A stretch of 64,000 bases of DNA from Antedon mediterranea (GCF_964355755.1 NC_092677.1:2750101-2814100); one strand, 5' to 3'; positions 38,940-52,400 are shown, numbered from the stretch's first letter. A program made the numbers and translations. Notes: generated from the letters alone by a model not told the origin.

Positions 38940-41620
38940 TTTACCTGAAAAATAAATAAATAAAAAAAAAATAGTATTTTACCTTGATTTGTGATACTTG
39001 GAGGATAGTAATACCCCTTTTCATAAATATTTATTGTATTTAGCAAAATAATTAAAAATGTATTTGTTATGTAATATATATAATGTAATATGTTGTTGCT
39101 ATATAAAGTACAAGAAGCAAGCAAATCAATCATTGAAAATGTCTGGTAGTAAATAATTGCTTGCCATTTCTTTGTTATCCAAAATATTTTTTACCACATT
39201 TTTTACATGTTTGGTTAGATCAGGGAGTAACAACTCCCTGGTTAGATGTAATGAAAATAAAAAGTAGTTAATCATTTTGATGGAAATGGTATGTAAATAA
39301 ACAAACACAAAAGAATTATGTTTACAGTTCAATTATTGTCAGAATAATAATTGTTTGATTTTCCCCGCATCCTTGTTTGCCGACGGACGCGATGGTGTGC
39401 CGACGCACAGCCGGAGCCGACCTGTTCCCCCCTCCCCCAACCTGCTAGATACGCCACTGCCAGTACGTTGTATATTTCCACGAATATGTTGTACAAAGTG
39501 TTTAGGATTCCGGCAGCTTGATTCAGAATCAACGCAAGTGATTGGTCAATTGAAAATCGCTTAGTTTTCAGTGTTAGTTTGTGTTACAATGGGCAGTTGA
39601 GTTCCGGTGCCGGAATCCTAACCACGGCGTAGGCGTATGTCATATGCTTGTAATTGTATTTTTGGCGGTGATTGCCTTCCATAGATATCATAGTTTTCAG
39701 ATCTAGATTTTTTTTAATGGTGGGTAATGTATTTTTAGTGAATTTTAATAATTAGAATTAGACTATTCCATTACCAAGGGGGTTTATTTCAATGATGTGA
39801 TGAGATTTTCAGTATAAATTATTATAAACAATTTAGATTTTCTGGTGGTACTGGCCTTCTTATCTAGAATCACCCACAACAGAATGTTTTCTCTCGCGTG
39901 TACCGTGAAGTCACATGTTCTCTCTGTGTACTATCGTTATACACACACTACTTAGTGCAATGAATTTTTCCGAATTATTTTACTCCTTTTTTAAAAATTT
40001 CTTTTCTTTTCCTTTCGTTTTTTTTTTATTAAATATATTATAAGGGGGAGGGGTGCGCGCCGGTTTCGTGTATGTAATGTAAATTTTGTCGACAAATTGT
40101 CAATTCCCGGCCCCCGACTTCAAAATCCTGGATACGCCACTGCGCGTACTCGCAGAATTGAAACGTACAACATACTCGCAGAAACGTACAACGTATTTGC
40201 AGAAACGTACATGTACTTGAAGAAAAGGACAACAAAAAGACATGCACAAAAACGTACAACGTGTTCGCTGAAACAGACAAATACAAAAACGTACAACGTG
40301 GTCGCGAATGCGCAGAAAATAATGGAATCAGTATATAAGTAATATTGAAAGGTATTGGTTATTACATGGAGGTATTATACCGCCATAGTTGTTATTACTT
40401 GTATTTTCACGCTGCTGCTCTAGCCCGCTACGTCACAAGAGATGACGTAATCAGATATAAAGCTAGCAGCAGTTTTAGTACTGAGAGAGTGACATAAATG
40501 CGAAAATGCATACTCCACTATAATTTATAGGTCCAGCTGTTGCACCCAAAAGACGTCTGGGAAAAGAGTCTATGAGTGCTCACGGTTGAACGATTTTGCA
40601 TTCTTGCCCTTTGATTGGTTGACGCAATCAACAGATTGTGGAAGAATTTCCACTTGTGCCAACTTGAAGTATACCCTTTTTACACTATCGACTGAGAGAG
40701 GAACACGGGGTGGTTGGATTTTCCCATTTACACCAGTCAATAAAAACCACAACACCGGAGTTTAACGGCCCGGTGTACTAACAACTGCGAGGTTACACCG
40801 CTGTTACGGTGATAGTGTAAAAGGGCTTGTCTCTAGAGGGTATTCAGTTGCATGCATAAAGTTCACCTGTACAAGATCAAGGTCATCAGCCAATTGAAGT
40901 TGAAAAAAATAAGGAAATACTGCTTTCAGACTTTGTTGTAGTTAATAGAAGAAAAAGGAAATCAGCTGTAACACAGTCACTTGTTTCAAATGCACGATCA
41001 TCTGTATGGATATAAATAACTAAGAGAAAAGAAACGTTTAATTATAACTCCAAAACCATTGTCTGACAGACAATTTAAGTATTTTTTGCTTTGAATTAAA
41101 TTTTTTCAGGTAAATAATTGGTTAACGCGAATAACTATTATGTGACAATAAAATGACACATTCAAAAACAAATTTGAAATAAAAAATATTTTTCAGGGGG
41201 GGGGGGGGGAACAATATATCTTTAAAACTGTTACGTCAACAAGCGAGCAGCGTTTTTTGTAAGAAATATTTTTTGTTTATTTTGTTTTCGGTTATTTACG
41301 GTTGTTTTTTTCGGGAATTAGACTGACCCGAATTCCCAATTTTTTTATCTGAGATCTTGGTGTTCTGTTGCAGAAACACACATAGAGGGGGCGCGACATC
41401 CCATGGAATTTGGAAATCATCGATTTAATTGATATGATATGATATTGATCAAAGATCGTATAGCGCCACGTAGTCGTGGCGCTATAGTATCTTTGGCAGA
41501 GGTAAAGTAATGTTTAAATGATGCAGGAAAGGTCAGAGGGCAAAGGTCGGATTAAAATTTACTTTACTCACCTTGCTCACTGAATAAAAAAAAATATAGG
41601 ATTTTTTTTATTGTTGACAG

Positions 41621-41753
41621 GCAAAAGAGCAATATAATAGGCAAGCCAGTGGTGGTGTAACAGAACGGACGAAGATTCTGGCCGAGATATCGGAAGAATT
41701 GGATAAAATTAAAGTAGAAATGGAGGAAAAAGGATCAAGCATGACTGATGGAT
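41621..41753 (+). CDS. IFT57: IFT57 penultimate exon (orphan 3' fragment)
   Basis: AKEQYNRQASGGVTERTKILAEISEELDKIKVEMEEKGSSMTDG; gacag|...|gtgagt. Confidence 0.85.
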
Positions 41754-42164
41754 GTGAGTAATCATCAAAATATGGTAGTGATATGCCCAAATATGATAGT
41801 GATATGCCTAAATATGGTAGTTACATGCTTAAATATGATAGTGATATGCTTAAATATGGTAATGATATGCCCAAATATTAGTAGTGATATGACATCATCA
41901 TGTCCGTATATGGGCACATCACATTTTTTTGTCACATAAAGTTTGATAGTGTAGACAGAGCTTTAAACAAACAGAAAAGACAAAAGTCTAACATATAAAT
42001 AAATGTGATCGGAAATCGCTTGCATGCGTCCAAAATGAGCTCTGTTTAATGTCGTATTTTTTAACTGTAAAAGCTTTACTTTAAATTGAATTGTGTCAAA
42101 TCTAATATACATTCTATCATGTTATATATAAATTCATTTCTTTGATATTATTCTTTTTTCTCAG

Positions 42165-42349
42165 CCCCACTTGTAAAGATAAAGCAAGCATTGCAGCGAC
42201 TCAAGAACGAAATTCTACAAATGGATATCCGGATAGGAACGGTGGAACACACGTTATTAGCAGGCAAACTTAAGGATAAATCAAATCTACAAAAAGACAT
42301 GAACAAAACATTAACAACGTCACAATATGATGACTACAAGCAGTACTGA
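42165..42349 (+). CDS. IFT57: IFT57 last exon (orphan 3' fragment)
   Basis: SPLVKIKQALQRLKNEILQMDIRIGTVEHTLL..KLKDKSNLQKDM..stop; in phase with previous exon. Confidence 0.85.
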
Positions 42350-43065
42350 GAAGAAGTCAATTATGAAATATGAACTATAAACAATACGGAGAAGAAGTCA
42401 ATATCATAATGACACATTCTGCATTTTGATGTTGACTAAAAGTACCTCTAAAGAAAAAAACTGTACTATGCCAAAAACACGAAACTGTATTAACACCTCT
42501 GTTTGGACTTGTTGGGGTACATGTCATATTAAAGTGGACGCCCTTGTTAGGGTAAAAATATCCTTTAATAATACTTTCTTTTTTATCAAACTTTGTTTAT
42601 TGAAATAAAAAAAAATAGATACAAATAAATTATATAAAAATATTAAATTAAAAAGACACCCATGTACAAGTATTAACTTGTTGTAGATGTGTATATTAAT
42701 AGAATAGTATCAAAGAATTGAAATTTCATATAAGTTAATATTAAGTAAATATTTGTGCATTAAATTTACATACTGTAATACTGTACATAATTAATACACC
42801 TTGATGTGGTATTTTCTGTTGACGTATTTCAGCGCTTTTAAACATAGATAATATGTCGATAAATTTAATAAATTTGTTGTAAAATTTTATAGCATGTTCG
42901 TATTTTTTTGTTTAACTTGAAAATAAAATACAATGGAATTATGATACTCACGCGTTTGATAATTGACAAACGCATGTTGACGTACTACCGCCATTGAGAG
43001 AAAAAACTAGAGCGCAGACATACGGTCGCCGCGCGCGGGGAGAGAGAAGAAGGGTTTAAGTTTTT

Positions 43066-45419
43066 GGCGCTAATGCAGTTTCGTACCCACCCCTTAAAAT
43101 TACTCAAAATGATTTCAATACTTCATCTAGCCTACTCACGAGTTGTCTACAGCATTCAGCAAGCATAAAAAGGTAAAATATCGATAATTTCTTATTTATA
43201 ACTATTTTTAATCAATTAATAATTGAGCACCCTTCAGAAATCCATCGCCAGCTTAGCTTCGCGAAAATCATCGCCAGGCCTGCCGATGAAAGTACGGAGG
43301 CCTCATAGGGCATCGATCTATAGAGGACGCTGTTGTAATCATATTATGGCGATAATAAAATATTGTTTACATGTTCCTCGTGAAACGGATTTTAAGTTTT
43401 TTTCATAAAGAAATATTTTGTGTTTAATTATGTTGTTAATTTTTAGAAATTCTATTTATTTTGAATGTTGTGTGTTATTGTCTTGTCAAATTATATTTTT
43501 TGTAAGGGTCCCTAATGATCAGCTTCGGCTGGATGGACCACCCTCATAAAATATTGTTGAAATAAATTAATGAATAGTTGCTTCATTATTTAATGTTTTA
43601 TTTGATTTTATTTTAATAAACACAACAGGAAAGAAGATAAAAAAGAAGAAATGAAAGACATGAAATGATGTATTCAGTGTCAGCAGAAGTAAAATAAATT
43701 CTAGTAAAAATTGATGGAAAACATTTTTATTATAATTATTGTATTACTGTACATTACATTTCAATAAATTATATCTTTCTGTTTTTGTTGCATTTCCTAT
43801 TTCCATGTATTTGAAGAGGTCTTTCATAGGTGAATAAAAAATGTTAATTAATAATAATATACTTCTATACAATCTTAAAACAGGGAAACCATTAGCGTTT
43901 CTAGTATAGCTAGTGATAACAAATACTAAAACAATTAATTCGTCATAGCTTGATTATTGTGTTATAACATTAACAATGTAACTCAGGAATGAAGTACTGT
44001 AATTCTTTTTATTCATTTCATTTATTTATTTGACCTACAAACCATAATGTAAAATAAACTAAAACAGAGGAAAATTGGTCAGTACTTATATCTTCAAGAG
44101 TCAGCAGTTCCATATTTATAGTCTTCTTTTCTGTGTGAAATTCTACTAGTAAAATGAAAGAACAAATTAAAAACATAACATAATTATGATGATACCCACA
44201 ATGATGAATACAGCAATTGTATAGTATTTCTTTTCTCTATTAAAAATACGAAACGCATGTCGGAAATAATGAAAATTATAATTATTTAGTGCGTGCTTTA
44301 AACGCAGAGCCATATATATAAAGAGTTACGACATTGAAAATTAGAAGCCATTTTTGTGTCAAAGAATTCGCACGCTGAGGGCGCGCGCGTCTCTTTTGTA
44401 TAGCGTTTTCCTGTAGTTCCATGCATTATTTTTAGATTTTGTTGTCAATGAAATAACGCTTAGATTCCGTTTTTATTTTAGTAAATAAAGTTATTAATGG
44501 TATTAACTTGGTAACATATATATATTGTGTCTATAATAACAAAAGAATAAATGCTAGGCCCTACATGCAAGTCAGGATACATCAAAGCATGAACCAATAC
44601 AAAAAACACACAAATTCACCCCTCTTTTTATACAGTATATGGCTCTCTGTGTGTTTTTGACACAAACTTTCAGAGACTCGTTCATCATTTCATTTGTAAT
44701 AATTTGCCTTTATTATTTTAATATTGTTCATACCTATTCAATATATTAACAAATATATCCACGACACTTTATTATTTTATTTAGTCATCAAAGCATGCAT
44801 TATGAATTGAAAATATTACATAATTGTTATTAATGGGACGTAGTTATGGGATGTTTTGTTCCAAAATCAATCAATCGAACGTTATAATGTACTAGCGTAC
44901 GCGCGCGCAATATTCTTTGGCGCAAGTGGTTCTGTACGCTGTGCACGTCGATATTCCACCGTAAAATGTGCAATTACATTTTTTTTAATATAAGAAAAAG
45001 TTTAAAGTAATTTCTTGCTCCTATACTTTACATGCATTAACGGAGACAAGTTTGACACATTTTGATCTGCATATCACGTGACTATAATCCAATGTCGTAA
45101 CTCTTTATATATATGGCTCTGTTTAAACGTTAGTAACTACGCCCTCTATAGAACGCAACTGTTTACTCTATTAATAGAGTTAATGTCCTGTGAGGCCTCC
45201 GTACTTTTATCGGCAGGCCTAGCGATGATTTTCGCGAAGCTAAGCTGGCGATGTATTTCCGAAGGGTGCTCAGTATTAATTGATTAAAAATAGTTTCAAA
45301 TAAAAAATTATCGATTTTTTACAATTTTATGATTGCAGAATGTTGTAGACAACTCGTGAGTAGGTTGGATGAAGATTTTGAGTAATTTTAAGGGGTGGGT
45401 ACGAAACTGCATTAGCGCC
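43066..45419. mobile_element. Non-autonomous DNA transposon, about 270-bp TIRs, 8-bp TSD, upstream of TTC12
   Basis: GGCGCTAATGCAGTTTCGTACCCACCCC arms; TSD AAGTTTTT; GG termini (Merlin- or MULE-like, unresolved). Confidence 0.8.
44305..45121. mobile_element. P-element-type MITE nested in 43066-45419
   Basis: TIR CAGAGCCATATATATAAAGAGTTACGACATTG; 8-bp TSD TTTAAACG. Confidence 0.85.
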
Positions 45420-45469
45420 AAGTTTTTTAGGTCTAAAATCTGGTTTGGCTTTAGGTGATAGTCATGATG

Positions 45470-46325
45470 GGGTCAGTCTAATTACCGAAAACAACCGAAA
45501 ACAACCGAAAATAACCGAAAACAACCGAAAACAACCACAAACAACCGAAAACAAACCGAAAAAAAAATTTAAAAAATCTAAATACCGAAAACAAATTTTG
45601 TATAATATTTTTTTTAATGTCGCCCTCTATTGATGGGTGTTTCTAAAGCTAAGACCATACAGAGGCGCAAAAGTGATGGAAGACCCTAAGAAATGGTAGT
45701 GTGCACAAAATACAACTCAAAATCGTACAAATTCAATGAAATAGATTACATTTACTTACAAAATCTATAAACCCATTTCGTTTTTAGTCTTTTAAAAAAC
45801 AAAGCATGATTTTATCTAACTTTGCGTTTTTTCGTCCCCGGTTTTCGTCACTGACTTATTAAGTGAATACTGAAGCGATTAAGGATAAAAACGTTATTTA
45901 CTTTCTATACTATGGATTAACATATTCACAATTATTGTAAGGAGTAATGCGCTGGTTTCTGGATCAAAAATCGAAAGACTAAAATTAAAATATTTTTATA
46001 GATTCTGTAAGTAAATGCGATGTTATCATTGATTGATTGCATGATTTTTAGTTGTATTTTGTGCACAAGGGTCTTCCTTGGCTTTTGCGCGCGCGGTTTT
46101 GTCTCTGTTATGGTCTAAGATTTAGAAACACCCATCAATAGAGGGCGACATTTAAAAAATATTATACAAATTTGTTTTCGGTATTTAGATTATTTTATTT
46201 TGTTTTCGGTTTGTTTTCGGTTGTTTATGGTTGTTTTCGGTTGTTTGTGGTTGTTTTCGGTTGTTTAGGGTTGTTTTCGGTTATTTTCGGTTGTTTTCGG
46301 TTGTTTTCGGTAATTAGACTGACCG
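45470..46325. mobile_element. MULE-like foldback element at the TTC12 start codon
   Basis: GGTCAGTCTAATTACCGAAAA arms with (ACCGAAAACA)n subrepeats; 9-bp TSD GTCATGATG; single arms also near 23920, 41300, 61090-61445. Confidence 0.85.
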
Positions 46326-46328
46326 GTC

Positions 46329-46401
46329 ATGATGGATCCATTCCAAAATAAGGAAGGCGATCCAGAACTTGTTGATTTTCTTTCAAAAGTTGATGAAATT
46401 G
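46329..46401 (+). CDS. TTC12: TTC12 exon 1
   Basis: MMDPFQNKEGDPELVDFLSKVDEI|gttagt. Confidence 0.85.
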
Positions 46402-49400
46402 GTTAGTAAAAACATGGAGTAACTTATTCTTTACTCCACCATGGTAACAATTGTAAAATAAAGCCTGGTCTGCTAGGCCTATCTAGTAGGGCCTCTAGCA
46501 GGTATTAGTAGTAGGCCTGCCTAGGCCTAATTGTGTGTTGGACCTAGCCTAGTCTAGTAGAGGCTGTGCTTGCTTGGCTAGCTAGCTAGGACTGGCCTAG
46601 TAATAGGAGGCTAGGTGCGAAAGTGCAGTGTTTGTAGCGCCTTGTTATCATGTTATATAAAAGAAGGCCTAGCCCTCCCTAGCTAGGCCTATATATAATA
46701 TTTCACTTTGGTTGCTTTGCACATTATTATTATTATTATTATGTATTGTAGATAAAATAGTTAAAGGATTGAATACAGAAGATGACAGTGAACAGAAAAA
46801 GGCATTATCAAAAGCAGACAAGATGATTAAAGAAACTGAGACCAGTAGTAAAATCAACAAGACAATCATTAACAAGACATCAACAAACGGCATGGTTAGT
46901 TTATGGTTACTTTTGGTACCGTGTTGTTGGTTGTGGCTTGCCATATAAATGAATAGATATTATTATAACACTATTTTTGTATCTTTGTTCTTTCAGGACG
47001 TAGGTGGACTTCCACAGGGAATGACACAAGGTATAGCTTGAAATTTAACACTAGGCTATTGGTCACTCAGGTGTTAATTTACAAAAATAATTGGTTGTTG
47101 TTTATGAATTAAGTTTCTAAACTATTTCTTCTATGTTGTAAATATGCACTAAATAATTGATTGTTTGAACCTTTATTTCAGATGCTTTTATGGCATCAGT
47201 AGAAGCTGACGCAAGGGAGCGTGCTCAGAGACGTAAAGTTAAAACAAAACGAGCAACCGAGTGGAAAGAAAAAGGAAATCAGGAATTTAAGGCTGGAAAG
47301 TTTGAGAAAGCTGTTGAATATTATACTGAAGGACTTGAATGCCTCAAAGATATGGTGGTCCTTTACACAAATAGAGCTCAGGTATTTAAACTTATTTAAA
47401 AATGGGGATCTTTACATGATTGTAACCCACAATTATACTCTTAAATTATTGTCACCAATTCTTAAAATGTTGTCACTTGCTCTTAAATTATTGTCATAAA
47501 TTCTTAGAAAGTTGTCAATTATAATTAAATTATTTTCACCAATTCTTAGAATGTTGTCACTCTTAAATTATTGTCACCAATTCCCAAAATCTTGTCACTT
47601 ACTTTTAAATTATTGTCACCAATTCTTAGAAATGTTGTCAACTGTTAAATTACTGTCACCAATTCAACTTACAGTACACTTTAAGTTGTTGCCGACACTG
47701 TAATTTTTATTGAGTTTTTTGGTTACGTTACAGGCATTTAACAAACTAGCTCAATACAATGATGCCATAGGGTCATTCCATCTCAGTTCACCCAAAAAAA
47801 ATGGAATTTTAAACCCTACCTCTTCCAATTTTGATGAAATTTGGTATATGGGTGATTCATAGCAATTAAAACCAAATTTTCAAATTTTAACCTTATCGGA
47901 CCAACGGTTTTCGAGATATCGCAATTTCAATTTTCGGTTTTTACGCAAAAAAGCGCGCGGCCGCCACGTTTCAAAGAGCTGTATCTCGGGAACTATAGGT
48001 TCGATTTTAAAAACAAAGGTATTTTTGTAAAGGGGAGACCATAAGGAACCTAAATATACTAATTGTGTGTGTTTTATGTTAATTTTAAGTTGAATAAAAC
48101 TTTGACATATATTTTGACCTTGAAATTGACCCCGTGGAACACGCCCAATTTGTTGGTGACTATCACGAAAAATGTAGCCCTACGTGTCAACTACAACATA
48201 TAAAAAAATTGGAGGGGTTTTTTTCTTTGTTTCCATGAAATTACAATTTGAAGTTGACATACCTCTTCCTTTTAGTGTATTTTTGGTGTTGTTATACTTA
48301 TACACAGTGTGAACACTAACTGTTAAGGTGTCTTATTGTTACGCTTTCTCATCAGGCCCACTTAAACAGTAGATATATTTTGATATGAGAAATACTGGGT
48401 AACTCACATACTTTTAAAATCAATTTTGACACATAGTTTAGTGTCCTTACTATGTTATTATGCACATTAACATATGCATAATAAGTGATTGCAGAGAACA
48501 TACAACAGTTACTGTATATGCCTTTTTAAAGGTTGTCATCCCCTATAGAAAAACAAAACTACCAACCATGAAAAAAGTTCATTATTTCACAGATGGATGT
48601 GGCGGCCAATACAAAAACAAATATAACTTTATTAACCTTTGCCACCACCAGGAAGATTTTGGTTTAGACGCCGAGTGGAATTTTTTTGCTACATCACATG
48701 GCAAGAGTGCGTGTGATGGCATAGGTGGAACCGTTAAGAGGCTTGTCACTATGAGAAGCTTACAGCGTTTGACTGAATGTCATATTATCACATCTCTCAG
48801 TATGTTCGACTACTGTGTAATTTTTTATTTTTATTTTATGTCTTTAGGCAATGTGGCCAAGGATTACCAATAGTGAATTAATCACTGTCCTATCAGATAG
48901 GTGGTAATCCCCCTGATACAGGGGCTATTGTGTGAACCAGTTCACCGGGGTAACCCCCTACTCTTTTTCAAATAATGAACTGGGTTCTTTAAAGTACACA
49001 CATGTTATAACTGTGTACACTGGACCTACGGTTTATAGTCCTTATCCGAGAAGACTTGTTCCACCACCAGAACTAGGAGCGAGTCGGCCTCGAACCCTTG
49101 CCGATGTTGTTGTTGGCTCTTTTAGGTACGGTAAACGGCGCCCCTGCCTTAACCGCTCGGCCATATGACTCGCTCATATGGACATTCCAGGCATCAACTT
49201 TTTTCATGAGGGAATAGATGAGGTATCTACTGTGGAAAAAGAAATAAAGCTGAGATTCAACCTCGCCCAGACCATCAAGGGTACATTACAATATCATCGC
49301 TTTGTTCCCGTTTCTCTGGCACAGATGCAGGTCTACAAACTTAGTACCCAGATAAACCCTCCGGATGTGGTAGTGATTCAAGAATCTTTCAGTGATGAAA

Positions 49401-52400
49401 ATGAAATTGTTGCTGATACACAACCCACCATTATTAGACTTCAGAATTTTGTGTGCTGTAGTTATGATGGTGTCCCATGGATTGGTTTGGTGGTGGATGT
49501 CTCACTCTCAGAAGAGTTTGGGGATTTTCAAATTAAATTTATGCATCCTCATGGGTCAGCGAAAACCTTTTATTGGCCCTCCAAAGAAGACTGTTGTTGG
49601 ATTCCTGAATCAAATGTACATTGTATTATAGCCTCTCCGTTTATAAAATCCTCTTCGACTAGGAATTACAGTATTTCCCAAAATGAGTAAAGGCCAGACA
49701 TAGACAATTGTAACATTATAATAATATTTAGTTTGTAATAAAATTAATTTTGGAATACATCAAATTGACATTGAAGTAATGCATGGACAGACACCAAAAA
49801 TACACTAAAAGGAAGAGGTATGTCAACTTCAAATTGTAATTTCATGGAAACAAAGAAAAAAACCCCTCCAATTTTTTTATATGTTGTAGTTGACACGTAG
49901 GGCTACATTTTTCATGATAGTCACCAACAAAACGGGCGTGTTCCACGGGGTCAATTTCAAGGTCAAAATATATGTCAAAGTTTTATTCAACTTAAAATTA
50001 ACATAAAACACACACAATTAGTATATTTAGATTCCTTATGGTCTCCCCTTTACAAAAATACCTTTGCTTTTAAAATCGAACCTATAGTTCCCGAGATACA
50101 GCTCTTTGAAACGTGGCGGACGCGCCCTTTTTTGCGTAAAAACCGAAAATTGAAATTGCGATATCTTGAAAACCGTTGGTCCGATAAAGTTAAAATTTGA
50201 AATTTTGGCTTTAATTGCTATGAATCACCCATATACCAAATTTCATCAAAATTGGAAGAGGTAGGGTTTAACTCATTGGGTGATCTGAGATGGAATGACC
50301 CCATAAAGGACTGTGACACAGCTTTAGTCATTGATGATAAAAGCACAAAAGCTCATATTCAGAAAGGCAATGCTTACCTTGGCCTGTTACAGTATACAAA
50401 GGCAATAGAAACATATCAAGAAATATTGAAAATTAACCCAAAACAAGAAAAAATAGTTAATGGTAAGTAAACAAGTTAAAACAACAATGTGGTCTGCCGT
50501 CATCACAAAGTATATTCATAATTTGTTTTTATTAAAAAATTGAATTAGTATATAATATAATGATTACTAATTATTAATTTTCTTTTGTTAAGCACATTGA
50601 GGCTTTGTATAATACGCTATATAAACCCCATTTATTATTTATTTGTTAATGATGTAGGTTTTTTTTTAACTTTTAGATTATGTTAAGAAAGCATCCATGG
50701 CCATGGAAGCATCAGAGGCTGAAATGGCAGCCTCTAAACTTATAGCAGAAGAGGACAAGGAAGCTTCAAATCTATTGCAACTTATTGAGAAACTGGGACA
50801 GACAGACAAACCGGTTGTTTACTATGTTGGTGGCTTGCAACTCCTTGCAGCTCAAATAAATGATGGTAATCAAAACATGTTATTTACTTGTGAGTTAGTT
50901 AGTAGTTGGTTAGTTGTTAATTGATAATAGTTAGTTGTGAGTTAGTTGTTACTTATTTGTTAGTTAATTGTTAATTGATAATAGTTAGTTGTCATTTACT
51001 TGTTAGTTAGTTGTTAGTTAGTTTGTTGTTAGTTTGTTGTTAGTTTGTTGTTAGTTTGTTAATACTCATTTTTATATATTTCTACACTCTTCACAGATAT
51101 ATCAAAGACGTTATTTCGTTCAAATTCTGGATTTGAACTGCTTTTTGACCAATCATATCTTAGCAAGAAAATTCAGCATGCTCCAGTGAGCACGGACACC
51201 GAGATCTGTGAGCTTGCAAGAGTGGCCGTACATGTCTGTGTACAAGTCACAGCAAAACATGGTAAGAGGGACGTACTGTACATACAGCATAAAAATTACT
51301 TTAAAAAAAAATAGTTTAATATCAAAATGTTTTGATAAAATAGTTATAAAACCACCTAGAAACTAAATTCTTAGTGAAAAAAAAAAATCCTTTATATTAA
51401 AGATCGTCTCCAATTAGAGACCACTTTACCTAACTGAAGTTAATGAACACAAAAGTATAATAGAAATGCTTTAGTTAGGTGATTCTAATAGAAGACCAAG
51501 ACTGCTAAGAGGGAATAGTAAAAATGAGTTTTAAAATTAGATTAATATTGTTGTTAATATTATTATTATTATTCAACAGAAGTAAACACTAAGTACATAC
51601 TTCAGCAAGATGGTTTTAATGAGTTCCTTCTCAACTGTCTCCAATCGACGACTAGTGTTCTGCTGAAAGAGGATTGTGCAAGATTCTTGTTTCAATTGTC
51701 ACAGACCAGCCTAGCACGATCTATCATTATATCTAGGCTTGATACATCAAGGTAAATGAGTGGTTGGAAATGATTAGGCCTAGGATACATAGGCTTTTTG
51801 TTTCAATTGTCACAGACCAGCCTGGCACGATCTATCATTATATCTAGGCTTGATACATCAAGGTAAATGAGTGTTTGGAAATGATTAGGCCTAGGATACA
51901 TAGGCTTTTTGTTTTAATTGTCACAGACCAGCCTAGCACGATCTATCATTATATCAAGGCTTGATACATCAAGGTTAATGAGTGGTTGGAAATGATTAGG
52001 CCTAGGATACATAGGCTTTTTGTTTTAATTGTCACAGACCAGCCTAGCACGATCTATCAATTATATCAAGGCTTGATACATCAAGGTAAATGAGTGGTTG
52101 GAAATGATTAGGCCTAGGATACATAGGCTTTTTGTTTTAATTGTCACAGACCAGCCTAGCACGATCTATCATTATATCAAGGCTTGATACATCAAGGTTA
52201 ATGAGTGGTTGGAAATGATTAGGCCTAGGATACATAGGCTTTTTGTTTTAATTGTCACAGACCAGCCTAGCACGATCTATCATTATATCTAGGCTTGATA
52301 CATCAAGGTTAATGAGTGGTTGGAAATGATTAGGCCTAGGATACATAGGCTTTTTGTTTTAATTGTCACAGACCAGCCTAGCACGATCTATCATTATATC

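Larger units (their letters stand above)
47770..50301 (+). mobile_element. Sola2-type DNA transposon (internally deleted) inside TTC12 exon 5
   Basis: About 520-bp TIRs starting GGGTCATTCCATCTCAG; 4-bp TSD CATA; transposase remnant inside. Confidence 0.85.

Noticed and set aside
41572-41579. 8-nt minus-strand microexon (ttcag|TGAGCAAG|gtgagt)
   Set aside because: Good splice motifs but cannot be tied to any gene from sequence alone
49075-49175. tRNA gene
   Set aside because: tRNA-like head of a SINE, continuous with core domain and A-rich tail; degenerate tRNA-like bits near 2700-2775, 14280-14340 and 25070-25130 rejected likewise
50252-50470. Standalone 72-aa ORF
   Set aside because: Right TIR of the transposon reading into the 3' part of TTC12 exon 5
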